Source: Cyanophora paradoxa CCMP329
Lineage: Eukaryota; Plantae; Glaucophyta
Reading direction: 5' to 3'
DNA length: 64,000 nucleotides
NCBI GenBank assembly: GCA_004431415.1
Contig: QPMI01000035.1
Coordinates: forward strand, 186,001-250,000
In this document: positions 8,922-20,577 of the stretch, piece by piece
Numbering within the stretch: position 1 is the stretch's first letter
Layout of the letters: each line of letters starts with the position of its first letter
Notes under the pieces: model-generated
The model's input: only the letters and a program-made list of their open reading frames with translations
Databases searched by the model: none
Told to the model about the DNA's origin: nothing
Made by a program: the position numbers and the translations under genes

Positions 8922-11900
8922 ATGGAGGAGATTCCGAAGTTCGCCCCGGATCCGCTGCAGCGTTGGTGCGAGCGGAGTCGTGGCCCTGCGAGGTGCCGGC
9001 CCCCGGCCTCCGGTACCAGACGTCCCACGGCTCCCGCCCGCCCGTCGGGGCGCGCGCGGGGGGGTACCGCCGCGCCAGCTCCGCCGCGATGGGCGCCAGC
9101 GCCCTGCGCGACCCTAAGAAGAAGAGAGGGCGGCCCGCTTCGCGTCCGATCGGACCTCACGTGGGCCTCCGAGTCGGCGAAGAACAGGACCCAGAGGCCG
9201 GGGGGTACGTCCAGCGTGTGGGCGTGCCTGCGGAGGGCCGGGCCGCCTCAGCGGAGCTCAGAGCAGAAAAGAGGAGCGGAAAGCGAAGGGCGGCAGTTTA
9301 GAGGGAAAAGCTCAGAGATAAAGATAGAAAATAAGAAGAGGCACAGGGTTTTAGCTTAGTCCAAGATCTAGAGGGCTAGATCTAGATTCTCTCTCGAAGG
9401 GCGCACCGGTTGCCGCGGCCCCACTGGTGGTAGTGGGCCTCAGAAGCTTAGAAGAATGAGATAGAAGCTTAGAGATAAGGGTCTAAATAAACTGAAAGCT
9501 AGAGTGGAAAGTAAGAGGCACAGGACCGTAGCTTAGCAGCTCGAGCAGAAAACAGAAGCGGTCTTAGATCCCAGGGCCGCACCGGTTGCCGCGGCCCCAC
9601 TGGTGGTAGTGCGCCTCGTCGCGCAGCGATCCGTGCATGCGCCCCTCGGGCGCCTCGAGCCTGCCCCCCGCGGAGGAGCCGGCGGCGCCCTCGCCGGCCT
9701 CCTGGCCCCGCGCCGCCATGTACTCCACCATCGCCCGCGGCTCCCGCCCCGCCTGCCCGCGAAGAGGCGACGTCAGGATAATAATAGAACACTATCATAC
9801 GGAGGCGGCATAGTTCAAGGCATTGGGCATGGGCTTTAGCGTCGCCCGCGGCTCCCGCCCCGCCTGCCGTCGGCCGAGATCCGTCGCCCGGCTTCATTTG
9901 CCCGAGAAGGAAGCCGGCTAAGATTGCTAATCCCTTCAAGGCTCTAAGTCTATTAAGCCTTCTAAGGCCCCAAGTCCATCCAGCGCACCTCGGTCCAGAT
10001 CCAGCTAAGGTTGTTAAGCCCTTTAAGGCTCAAAGTTTATCAAGCTTTGAAGGATCTTATCCCGGCGCACCTTGGTCCAGATCTCGGCGGAGGTGGCGTC
10101 GACCCAGGAGCGGTGCGTGGCGCCGTAGTCGGGGCGCAGGTTCCCCGAGTTCCCGGGCTCCCCGTCCGTCGGCACGTTGAAGACCCGCAGCGCCGCGTGC
10201 TGCCGAAGCCGTCGGCTCAAGAAGAGCTGACTTAGGCTAAAGATTTGGCTCGAGCCCGCAGCGAGCCGCAAAGCACGCTGGCTAGGAGAGCTAGCAAGTT
10301 AAGCCTTGAGCTTCAGCTAGCACGCCTTGAGCTTCAACCTAACCTTAAACCAAGCGGAACTAGCTTAAGCAGACGTTCAGCTAGATAAAGCTTAAAAGAG
10401 CTTCAGGGCCGGATGCGGGCCGGCCGGCCGACAAGCGCGCGCCTTCCTGACGGCGTAGGCGAGCTGGGAGTCCTCCGAGGTCTTCCACGTGTGCGGCTCC
10501 TCCCGGAAGAGCACCTAGGGGTGGGTGGGGGGGGGGGGGGGGGGGGGGGGGGAAGGTCAGAGCGGTGTTGGGGGGGAGGGGGGGGGGAGGCTCGAGAGCG
10601 CGGTTGATAAGCTTAAGGGCGCGGCCCGAGATAGAGGCCGAGAAGGCGGTGGGTCAGGGTGGGTCAGATTGGGGCGGGGCGGGGGGAGGGGGGGGCGGAA
10701 GGGGGGGTGAAGAGGGGGGGAGGGGGGCATGGGAGACGGCATCAGATTGGCGGGCGAATTCGAAGCTCGAGAGCGAGAAGCGGGCGGGCGAAGCTCTAGA
10801 GAGAGGAGGAGGAAGAGAGGGGGGCGGAACGGGGAGGGGGGGGGGGGAAGGGGGGGGGGAAGAGCTCGCCTTCAGGAGTCGGGTCTCGAGGATGTGCATC
10901 GCGAACAGGTGGTCCAGCTCCACCGCCGCGTAGTACCCGTCCTGGAGAGAGGGGGGGTATGAGAAGAGGAAGTCGGAAGGGGGGGGGGGGGCGGGGGGTA
11001 GAAGGCGCGCCATGGTGTTGTACTCGTCGAGGCGGCAGCCGACGGTGCCGTTGATGGGTCGGAGCATGCGGCAGCCGCGGGAGCCGACGATACCCCTGCC
11101 CGGCCGGTGAGGCGGCGCCGAGGATCGGAGGGGGGCCGAAGCACCGGTACTCCTCCGTCCCGAGCATGTGGACGGCGTTCGCGAGGAAGTTGTACCCCAG
11201 AACGATGTCGTCGTCGACGAAGGCGACGTAGCGCGTGGGCGCCTGGAGCCCGAGCTGGAGCCGCCCGTAGTACCCCAGGTTCTCGTCGCTCGAGAAGAAG
11301 CGCACGCGGGCGTCGCGCTCCCGCGCCAGGCGCGCCTTCTCCGCGAAGACGGCGACGTGCGGGCTCCCCAGCGCTGCGCGGCCGCGGGGCGGGCCGGCGT
11401 CAGCGGCGGCGGCGAGAGAGAGGCCGGGCGAAGGCGCGCCGTTGACCCACACGGCCCGCACGTCGGCGGTCTGGTTCAAGATAGCGTCGAGGACCTGCGG
11501 CGCGGGACGCGCGGTCGGACGCGTCGGGCGTGCGCACGGTGGGGGCTGCACCTCGTCGAAGACGTGCGCGCGCTGGAAGACCGTCAGCACTACCGTGACC
11601 GCGGGCTCGCAGGGCGCGTAGTCGCAGGGCCGCTGCGGGAGCGCCAGGACTTCGGGGAGGAAGAGGACGGGCGCCGGCTCCAGGAACGCGCGGTACGCGT
11701 GGGAGAAGAAGTTCGGGTCCTCCACGTCCTCCGCGCCCGACACGGGCTGCAGCGTCGCCGTCGCGATGCGGGCGAGGCCGCCCTCCCACAGGATCGCGGC
11801 GGAGAAGAGGAACGCCAGCAGCGCGCAGGAGCTCGATCCCGACGGCGGCCGCCTGCGTGATCGTGCCGCCCGCCGCGCCCGCTAGGCATCGCCGGACCGC

Positions 11901-12133
11901 TGCCTTGCTGGCAATGCGGTCAGCGCGGTCCCTCGCGGATCGGGCGCCCCCGCTGTGCTCTCGAGACCTGCGCGAGCTGTGCTCAGGCCAAGGCCGAGTC
12001 GAGGAAGCGCTGGCGGGAGCGCGCGGGGGCCCGGGAAGGCACTTGCGATGAGAGGCCGCGCGCGCGAGGCTAGGGCGTCCGGTGTTACAGCCGGATCGCC
12101 AGCTTCTACCATGCGCCTCCGCCAGCGCGCCAT
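8827..12133 (-). CDS. GT-A fold glycosyltransferase family 2-like type II membrane protein, multi-exon; 3' end runs into the retrotransposon
   Basis: TM segment ALLAFLFSAAILW; VTVVLTVFQR...LDAILNQT...NLGYYGRLQLGLQAPTRYVAFVDDDIV (DxD)...VELDHLF...LFREEPHTWKTSEDSQLAY...VLFFADSEAHVRALAP. From memory this resembles the plant At5g60700-type GT2 family. If the last exon is unspliced, the frame stops at 8827-8829 inside repeat B2. Confidence 0.8.
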
Positions 12134-12310
12134 CGGCGGAGTTCCCGGAATTGATCGTCGCGGTCGCTGTACCCGTCTGGCCAACACATCGCGGTTTTCG
12201 GCGAGTTAGGGCCGCTTCAGGCACAAATTTGCGAAGCCAGCGACGTGCTGCAACGATTTGGCTCAGAATCGGCTGGTCGGCGGCCTCGCACCAGCGCGAT
12301 CTGAGCCGCG
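12134..12310. promoter_or_regulatory. Probable compact bidirectional promoter (GT2 / SMPD4)
   Basis: Head-to-head predicted starts about 180 bp apart. Inferred from gene orientation only. Confidence 0.4.
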
Positions 12311-15300
12311 ATGGCCGCTCGCGCGCCTATCCGGCGTCCGGTCGCCGACGTGGCTGCCGTGAAGACCGTGGAGGAGGGCTGCGTGCTCCTGCAGGCCCAC
12401 GTCGAGGATGGCTCGCTCTCCACCGAGCTCTACGCCCAGCTCCCGAACGTGCTGACGGCGATATTCGGCGTAGAGGGTCGTCGGTATGTGCATGATCTGC
12501 GCCTTCCGTATCGCGCGCTCACCGCCGGCCGCAGCGCCTGGGTCGACTCCGTCCTGCCGCGCAAGGCGAGCGCCTCGGGGCCGAACCAACTTGAATCGCG
12601 CCCGCTCAGACCGCTGCGCAGGACATGGATGCTCTGTACCGGTTCCTGAACGCTCAGGGCCCGCTCATGAACCTCGTCATGAACAACAAGGCCCGCCGGC
12701 CCTGCGCCCCGGCCGCCCCGGCCGCCCCGCCCGGCGCCAACCAACCCGCCGCTCGCAGGACGAGGATTCTTTCCGCTTCGAAGTTCCCATTAAGCACGTG
12801 CCGGTGCGCCCGCGGTCCCGCCGCGCCAGGAGCCGAAGCGTGCGCTTCCTCCGGCTCACGCCCCGCCCGCAGAACTGGATGCGCAAGGTCGTCGCCGCGC
12901 AGATCCAGTGAGCCCGCGCGCGCGCCCCGCCGAACGCATCCCGCGGTTCGAATCCCGCGCAGGCAGTTCTACGGGTTCGCGCCCTTCACGACCAGCCACG
13001 TCTACGTCCTCCAGGACGCGAACGGGGCGCCCAACCCCGTGCTCATCCTGAGTGCGCACGTACCCCCCGCCAGCCGCTTTCTTGCGCCGCTCACGGGTAC
13101 CAGACATCCTGGAGTACTTCGTCTCCGCTCTCTGCGGGTACTGCCAGAATTCGCGTCCCCCCCTGGCCGCGGACCCGTCCCCCCCCTCAGGCGCCATCGC
13201 CTCCCCCTCCTCCTCCTCCGGCGCCGGCCGCGGCGTCCCGGGGCCCTCCGCCCTCTCCCCGCGGCTGCACCTGTACCCCTCCGCATCCACCGCGCGGGCG
13301 CCGCCCCCCGCCCCCGTCGTCCGCCCCTACTTCCCCGTCCTCGCATCGTACCTGCGCGCGGCATACATGGGCGAGGAGGCGGCGGCGGCCGCCCCCGCCC
13401 CGGCGCCCGGAAAGGGCGCCCCTACCCCCACCCCGGCGAGGGGTGTGGGGGGGCTACAGCAGCTCCGCCAGGCGGCACTCGCGCGTGCCTTCACCCAGAT
13501 CGCAGTCGAGCACTGGCTTTTGCAGGCGCGCCGTACCCCCTTTCTGTCATCTGCTTCATCCGTTCTTATTTAATTCTGCAGAACCCGCCGCCGCCGGCCA
13601 TCGCCGCTGCGACGCAGGCCGCCGCGGCCGCTGCAGCCGCGGCAAAGGCAAGCCTGATCCGCCTTTGACCTTCGGCGTGCCGGTCTGATGCCCCCCGCAG
13701 GCAGCCGCCGGTGCCGCCGCGGCCGCTGGCGCACCGGCGCCCCAGCCCGCCGCCCCGGCCGCCCCCGCCCTCGCAGAGGTCTGCCCCTCCTTTTCCCACG
13801 CCGCCCGCACCCCCTCTTCTCTGACCCCGTACCCAGGAACCGTACCTGCAGCCCACGCCCGAGCTCCTCGACGCCGTGCACGTACGTACCCCCTCTCTCG
13901 CATCGCCTGTACCCCGGACGAGCTTTCCCTTCCCCCCCTCACCCGACCCTCGATCGCCAGCTCTTCGTCCTGCACCTGCACGCGGGCGTGACGCTGCCGG
14001 CTCTGGCGGCCCCCGAGGGCCCCTCCGCCGCCCTCGCGGCAGAGCTCTCGGACCTGGTCAAGGTTCGCGGAGGCCGTACCCCCATTCCAAACCGGGAATC
14101 ACGTACCCACCGCCGCCCCGCGCAGGTACCCCTGCACGGCTTCCTCTCGGGGGCCATGTCCCGCTCGTCCTCCCAGACCGTCTTCCTCCGCGCCGTTGGT
14201 GCGATCCGCGTACCCGTACCCCCTACTCGTACCGTACCCCTGACCCTCCTCTTCCCCCCAACAGATATCTGGTGCAGCTACCTCGAGCCGTGGGCGGCCC
14301 CCGACGCCCTCGCCGAGTGCGCCGTACCCCCCCGAGTGTTCCCTCTACCCCTCACGCCCCGGGGGTACCGCAGCTGGATGTCAAAGAACCTGGAGCAGGC
14401 ACAACGGGGGGCGGCGTACCCCCCGCGGAAGGTCCCCCTCGACAACCCCGCGGCGGCCCTCCAATCCTTCGCGGTCTCCAACTTCGCCTTCTACGTACCC
14501 CTCCTCGGGACCTTCGTCGAGAAGGTCCGTCTTGGAGCTCACCCCGCCCCCTCTCCCTCCCCGTCGGTAGCCCTTGCTTATCCCGTACCCCCAGGTGGCC
14601 GCGGTGGACTTTGCCGTACTGGGCCTGGCCTCGCTCCCCACCCACCCCATGTACCAGAAGCTCCTCCAGGTACCCCCCCTTCTCTTCTTCCCCCTTGTTC
14701 TGGCCGAACTCGCGCCCCGCAGGTCCTCCGGGTCTTCGCATCCGACGGCGCCGGCGGGGCCGTGGGGCCCCTGGACGCTCTCTCGGCCCCGGACGCGCCG
14801 GCGCCCGCCGACCCCGCCGCCCGTCGCACCCGAGGCGAGCTTAGCGCCCCCCAAAGCTTAGCGCCCTTCTTAAATCTTCGGCAGAGCGGCTCCTGGCGGA
14901 GCTGCAGGCGGCCGGTCTGAAGGAGCACAGGCCGCTGCTGCAGGGGAGCGGCGCCGCCTGCGACGCGGCGCGCCGCCTCCTGCAGAACCTGAGGGCCCTC
15001 CGCGGCCAGGAGCTCGCATCGGCCGAGGCGGCGGCCGCCGCCTCCGCCTCCGCCGCCTCCGCCGCGGCCGCACCTGGGAGCCCCTCGGCTTCCGCGGAGC
15101 GGTCGCCTGCGCCCGGGTCGCCGCGGGGGGCGGGAACGGGCGCGGCGGCCCCGAGCCCCTCGTCGGGGGGTACGCCGTCCGCCCTCTTGGGGAACATCTC
15201 CCACTCGCTCAGCGCGTCCCTGAGGAGCCTGGGGCGGTCCCCGCCCGGCGCCGGCTCCGGCTCCGGCGGCCCGGCCTCCTCCTCCTCCTCCTCCTCGGGG

Positions 15301-15918
15301 CCCCGCCCGCCCTCGTCCGTCGACGGCACCTGCCGCGCCCTCGAGTCGCTCTTCCGCGTACCCCACGCGGCGGCGGGGGGGTACAGCGCCGCGGCGCGCC
15401 CGGCGGCGGCGCCGCTGTACGCGGAGGCGCAGAGGGGCCGCCTTACTCGGGAGGGCGTCGCCCAGCTCCGCACCGGCAAGGCGAGCGTTCCTCCTTCCCT
15501 TCGTTCCTTTCGTTCTTCTAAGAAAAAGTCCGCAGCGCCTCTGCAGCAACTTGGACGTGCCCGTCCTGAGGGACCCCACCCTCGTTCCCGTCTCCTCGTG
15601 CGTGCCCTGTACCCCCCCTCCCCCCACCCCACCCCGCCTCTGAGAGCGTGCGGGGCGGGCAGGACGGAGATCGGCCCCCTCGTGCGCGCGCTCCTGCGGG
15701 CCTCGGCGGGCGTCAACTCGGCCCTGGCGCTGGGCCCCTACGCGGAGGCGCCCCCCGACGGAGTCGTGCCCCGCCTCTCCTCGGCGCTGCTCCCGGCGGA
15801 CCGGCGCAAGCGGATGCGTGCGAACCTGCGGCCGCTGGCCGACGTGCGGAACCAGGCGGCGCTGGCCCTCGCCTTCGCCCTCTTCGCCGTCATTCTCCGC
15901 GCCATCGCCGCCCGCTAG
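12311..15918 (+). CDS. SMPD4: Sphingomyelin phosphodiesterase 4 (nSMase3/NET13)-like protein, multi-exon
   Basis: Motif order matches SMPD4: ILEYFV, AVEHWL, EPYLQPTPELLDAVHLFVLHLHA, LHGFL..FLRAVDIWCSYLEPW, FAVSNFAFYVPLL, VLRVFA, LTREGVAQLRTG..DPTLVPVSSTEIGPLVRALLRASAGVN, NLRPLADVR, then a C-terminal TM helix. Confidence 0.8.
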
Positions 15919-15934
15919 TTAGCTGTAGGCAGGC

Positions 15935-16135
15935 GTGAATGAATGTCGCGAGTTGTTTTTGGCCAGCGACTTCGGTTTTATGGTTATCTTTGGGCTCTGC
16001 AGTATATCGAGGGGGTGGAGTATCGCTAATATTAATGTGCCGCATCCTTGCTGGCGTTAGGCATGTTAGCAGCTCAAATTTCAATTTAAAGGAAACCCTC
16101 AAAACACTGCACGCTCTGAATTATGTGAGTCGATA
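15935..16135 (+). repeat. Solitary diverged partial monomer of the 20.8-29.5 kb satellite
   Basis: ggccagcgacttcggttttatggttatctttgggctctgcagtatatcgaggggg...ctgcacgctctgaattat aligns with the array monomers. Confidence 0.85.
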
Positions 16136-16839
16136 AACTTGAAAGATCGATCGAACAAGATCTACGTATATACAGTCCCATGCCATGATGCAGCTGATCT
16201 TGAGAAGAAAGTGGACCGGAACTAGTACCGTAGTACGTATACGTATACTTCTCCTCGATCTGCAACATCGATATCGATACCGCACGTGCACGTGCACATT
16301 TTTACGACGTATATACGTACAATTCTAACACTGTGACACTGTTTCTTCCGCGCGGTTATCGCTTGACATCGAGCTGCGCATGTACATCTGGGTTGCAATT
16401 GAACTGCTGTCGGGCCCCGTGGGGGAAAGAGCTTTGAAATAAACTGTACATGTACATGGACGGTTTTGGAAACTCTGCCATGGCCAGGCTGAGAATCCTA
16501 CTTGGCTACTATAGGCCTACTGCCATAAGGCCTACTAGTCTACTTGGCTAGGAAAAGATCGATCATCGGATATCCAAATTGAAAAGAAATTAGACAAATG
16601 AAAAATTCAACGAAGGTAACTCAACATGATCATGATCGAGGCGCGTGCCTCGCTCACCAGTCTCAAAGATTCGAAGCTGCGTGAATATATATATAGCCTA
16701 TACATAGTAGACTGATCATCGGATGCAAATAGATACGGAACGCGTATACGTACGTCTGCCGATCGAAAAAAGGGGCCTGATCTGCCGGCCTGCGCATGCA
16801 GCCGAAACCGTACGCGTGCACGCGACGCGCGCCTAGGCT

Positions 16840-18034
16840 TCAGCCGTCCGGGTCCTCCTCGTCCTCCTCCTCCTCTTGGGGCCGGTACTCCAGGTCGCTC
16901 TCCTGGATGCGGGGCAGGGAGAGGGAGCGGGAGCGGCGGATGCGGGGCAGGCCGAGTGCCGCCCGCGTCGGGAGGGCCCCCGTCGAGCTGGCCATGGAGA
17001 GGCGCGGCTGGAATTTGAAGAGGGGCGGAGGGGTGCGGGCCGGGAGCGTCGGGGGGGCCTTGGGGGAGAGGGCGAGGGGCGAGGCGGGGGAGGGGGCGGC
17101 CTGCGGCGGGGGCCCGCGGCGCCGGCCAGGGGACGGGGGGGTAGAGAGCCGGCAGATCGAGGGGCGGAGGGGTGCGGCCCCGAAGTCGAAGGAGAGGCAG
17201 AGCTGGGGCGGCTGGGGGTACCCGCCGGCGCCCTGGCCGCAGGGGTACGGCTCCGCCACGATCTCGAGGGTTCGGTTCGCGCAGATTCCCTCCCACTCGG
17301 CGAGCCCGGACGCCCGCAGAATGAGGCTGCGCGCGGCGGGCCGTCGGAAAACGCGTTTGAAGACAATCGCGATCGTGGCCTTTTGTACCACTTCATCTCC
17401 ACGGTCCAGGGACCCGCGGACCATTCTGCGGCGCCCACCTTCCTCCTCAGCTCGAAGCGCCCACGCCAGACCGGCCACGCGCTTCCATCCAGCCTCAGAG
17501 CCTGCGCGCGCGGGAGGCGGGGCCCGCGGTCAAGATCTAGACCGGTCGATTGCGATCGGAGCGCGAGGCTGGCTCCGGCGCACCTTGGAGGGCTGCCAGC
17601 AGCCGAGCTCCGGGGCGCTGCCGGCGAGGACGACCGTGTCGCCGAACGACGTGTCTTTGCAGTGCACTTCGACGCGAACGGTCACGCGCTGCTCGAGGAG
17701 GGACGGTTCGAGGCCTGCGCGACCGGACCGCAAGAGGGTCAGAATGCGAGCTCGCGGTTTGTCTGTCATGATCATCGGGCGCACAGATGAGCATTGGCCC
17801 GGCAGAGGGCGACGTCGCCGGGCCGCGGCCGGTCTTGGGTGGTTCGAAATCAGCGAAGTTGTCGTCTGGATCTGCGTTAGCAGATATCGATGCGTTGACG
17901 TCGCCGTAGGCGTCGCCATCGCTGACGCTGTGCATGCGCGGGCGGCCGCCCGGACTGACCCGAGTCAACATGAAGGCGCGCTTCGAATTCGCGCTCAGAA
18001 AGAGATCCGGGAGCTGCGACTTCGCCATATGCAT
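16840..18034 (-). CDS. CBM20 (starch-binding domain) protein, multi-exon; start uncertain
   Basis: VTVRVEVHCKDTSFGDTVVLAGSAPELGCWQPSK-ALRLDGSAWP...EWEGICANRTLEI, followed by a low-complexity Pro/Ser region and an acidic tail. Confidence 0.75.
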
Positions 18035-18657
18035 CGCTGATGCAGCTGGCTTGTGCGCGATGTGATTCGGAGCGCTACCGAGGCTGGTGTCCGCCTGCAA
18101 TTGCAGCTGCAGCTGTCCTGGAGCTGGCGTCGACGTCGCTGTCATGTCAGCTGGGACAGAGGTCGACGAGGCTAAAGCTTGAGGCTGTGTGCGGCCGCGG
18201 AGGCGCGAGCTCGAGGTCTTCGCAGGATGATCTAGATCTGCGCATCGGTTCGTGTTCCATGCGTCGCGCGTGCGTAGCGGCGCTGGCGGCTCACCAAGCA
18301 GAGGGACTGCGAACCCAGAATGCAAGAGAGCCGCTGAGGGCGCACGCGCCACTGGGCCAGGAGCCTAAGCTTAGGTCGGAGCGGTCGTCGGGGAAGCTGA
18401 GGCCCGACCCCAGAATCTGGTCCGGTCATTCTCGGATCGCTTCAGGCCAATGCCGGAAATCGATCGTGTACCCGGGCTCGTGGTCCTTTGTCGAGCCGAG
18501 CGAGATTGGATATCTAGCTATAGCTAGAGCTCGAGGACGTCGTCGGGCAGCGTGTCGAGCTCACCGCTGGAGCGCTGGCCTGGTCCGACGGTCCTTCAAC
18601 CATCGAGCTCTACGAAGGAACAGCCCAGGCGCAGGCGCAGCACCAGTCCAGCTTGCG

Positions 18658-19731
18658 ATGGAACATTCTGTGCCGAATCCGGATCCGTTCGACGCGCTGC
18701 CCGACGGCGTCCTCTCGCTCGTCCTCGAGCGACTCGGCCTCCAAAGCGCGGCGGCGGCGCGCGCGGTGTGCAAACGGTGGCGCCAGGCGGCCGAGGCAGT
18801 CACTTGGAAGCGCCTGGAGGTCGTAACGTGGCGTCCCGAGCGCGCCGACCACCTCGCCGCTCTGTTGTCGATGTCTTCATCGTCGGAGGACGACGACGCC
18901 GGCGCAGGCACGGCCCGGCGGTGGATCCGCGTCGCGCACAGCGCCCGTCTTCACGCGGAGATCACCGGCAGCCACGTCTCCCGAGGCGCGGCGAACCAGC
19001 GCTCCCCCTGGGACGCAGCCCTCGCGCTGGCCTTCGCGTGCACGGCGGCCAGCGGCGGCCTCGGCGACGTGGATCTGAAGTGCGCTCGCTCCATGGCGGC
19101 GCACTCGTGCGTCGGCGACGTTCTGGAGGCCCTCGCCGTCGGCCAGGCGAAGCGCGCGCGGCCGCCGGCGCCCGGCGGCGCGCTCCGGGGCCTCGCCCTG
19201 CGCGACGCGTGCGGGGCGTGCTGCCGAGGCCTGCCCCCCGCCGCCGAGCTCGACGACTGCCTCCGGCCCTTCTCGGGGCTCGAGAGCCTCGTCCTCCCCG
19301 TCTGCTGCGCGGTTGACGCGGAGGGCGCCTCCGCCCTCGCCCGCTGCCTCCCGCGCCTGAGAAAGGTCCGCTCGAGCCGTGGTCGCCGCCCAAGCTGTAT
19401 TTAAATTTCCCGACCTCTTTGCAGCTGGGGATCAACCTGCAGACCTACAAGGACGCCGCGCGCCTCTCCGCCCTCGCCGCCCTCGAGTGCCTCGACGTGC
19501 GCGCGCCGAATCCAAGCTAAACTACGACTTCAAACTACAAGCAGAAACCCCCGAATCCAAGCTAAACTAAGACTTCAAACTACAAGCAGAAATTAACCCT
19601 GATCGCGAGCGTTTCCCGCCAGGTCTGGAGCGACGAGGGCGACGCGGCCCCGCTCCTGGAGGGCCTCGCCTCGGGCCCCGCCGCCCAGTCCCTCAAAGAG
19701 TGCTCTCTCCCCCCCCCTCCCTCCCCCCTCC

Positions 19732-19765
<34 letters not shown>

Positions 19766-20577
19766 TTCTGGAGCGTTCCTGTGCCGGCCCCGAGACCCCG
19801 CGCACAGGCTGGAGTTCAGCGCGGTGCTCTCGGCCGCGGCCCTGCGCGCCCTGCCCCGCCTCGCCGCTCTCGAGCGCCTCCCGGGAACCTTCTCGGTCCG
19901 CCCCCTCTTTCTTTCTCTTCTAGCTAGACTCTAAGATCTAGATCATTCTCCTCTATATCTTTCCAATCCGAGCCCGCGGCAGCTTGAGGAGAGCGTCAGA
20001 ACGGCGGACCTCGCCTGCCTCGGGGCCTGCCCCGCCCTCCTCAGCGTCGGGCCCCTGCGGCTCTCGTGCCTGTCGGGCGGCGCCGGCGCCAGCGCCGAAG
20101 CGGTCCTCGCCGACCGCCTCGGCGGCCTCGCCGCGGCCCTCCGGCGCTCCCCGCGCCTCAAGCTCTTCGTTCATCTCGGTCCGAACGCCTGCTCCAACTC
20201 CCGTCCCTTCTTAAGCATCCCGCGGCCGCCGGGCTGACTCCACACCAGATTTCGAACTGAGCGCGCCGACCCTCGAGGCCCTCGAAGGCCTCGCGCGGGC
20301 CGGCAGCGGCGGGCGCCTCGAGCTCGAGATGCGGCTCGACATGGCGGGCCCCGTGGCGGAGGCGGCGGCCGCCCTCGCCGCCGCCCCGCCCCGCAAGCTC
20401 TCCCTCATAGTCCGCGGGGCCGGCGAGCACGCCGCCGCCGGCCGCCTCTCTTCTCTGTCCGCCTTCGCCGGCTGCTCCCTCGGGGAGACAGAGGTCCTGC
20501 TGCGGCTCAGCGGAGCCCCCCATGCGGCCGCCCTCGCGGCCGTCGTGCGGGCCCTCCCCTCCGCCCGCGTCCTCTAG
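18658..20577 (+). CDS. F-box / leucine-rich repeat protein, multi-exon
   Basis: PFDALPDGVLSLVLERLGLQSAAAARAVCKRWRQAA (F-box); LRR-like segments LRGLAL, FSGLESLVL, LPRLRK, CPALLSV. Confidence 0.8.

Larger units (their letters stand above)
4253..8922 (+). mobile_element. Tyrosine-recombinase (DIRS order, Ngaro/PAT-like) retrotransposon, 5'-truncated
   Basis: Order is gag - RT/RNaseH - YR, followed by a B1-A2-B2 split direct repeat. No A1 copy is seen upstream and gag lacks a start. The left boundary is inferred from the flanking 8-bp repeat TGGAGGAG (4245-4252, 8923-8930). Confidence 0.93.

Noticed and set aside
19508-19592. ~43-bp tandem duplications in introns (also ~2694-2781)
   Set aside because: Ordinary two-copy local duplications with no further structure.
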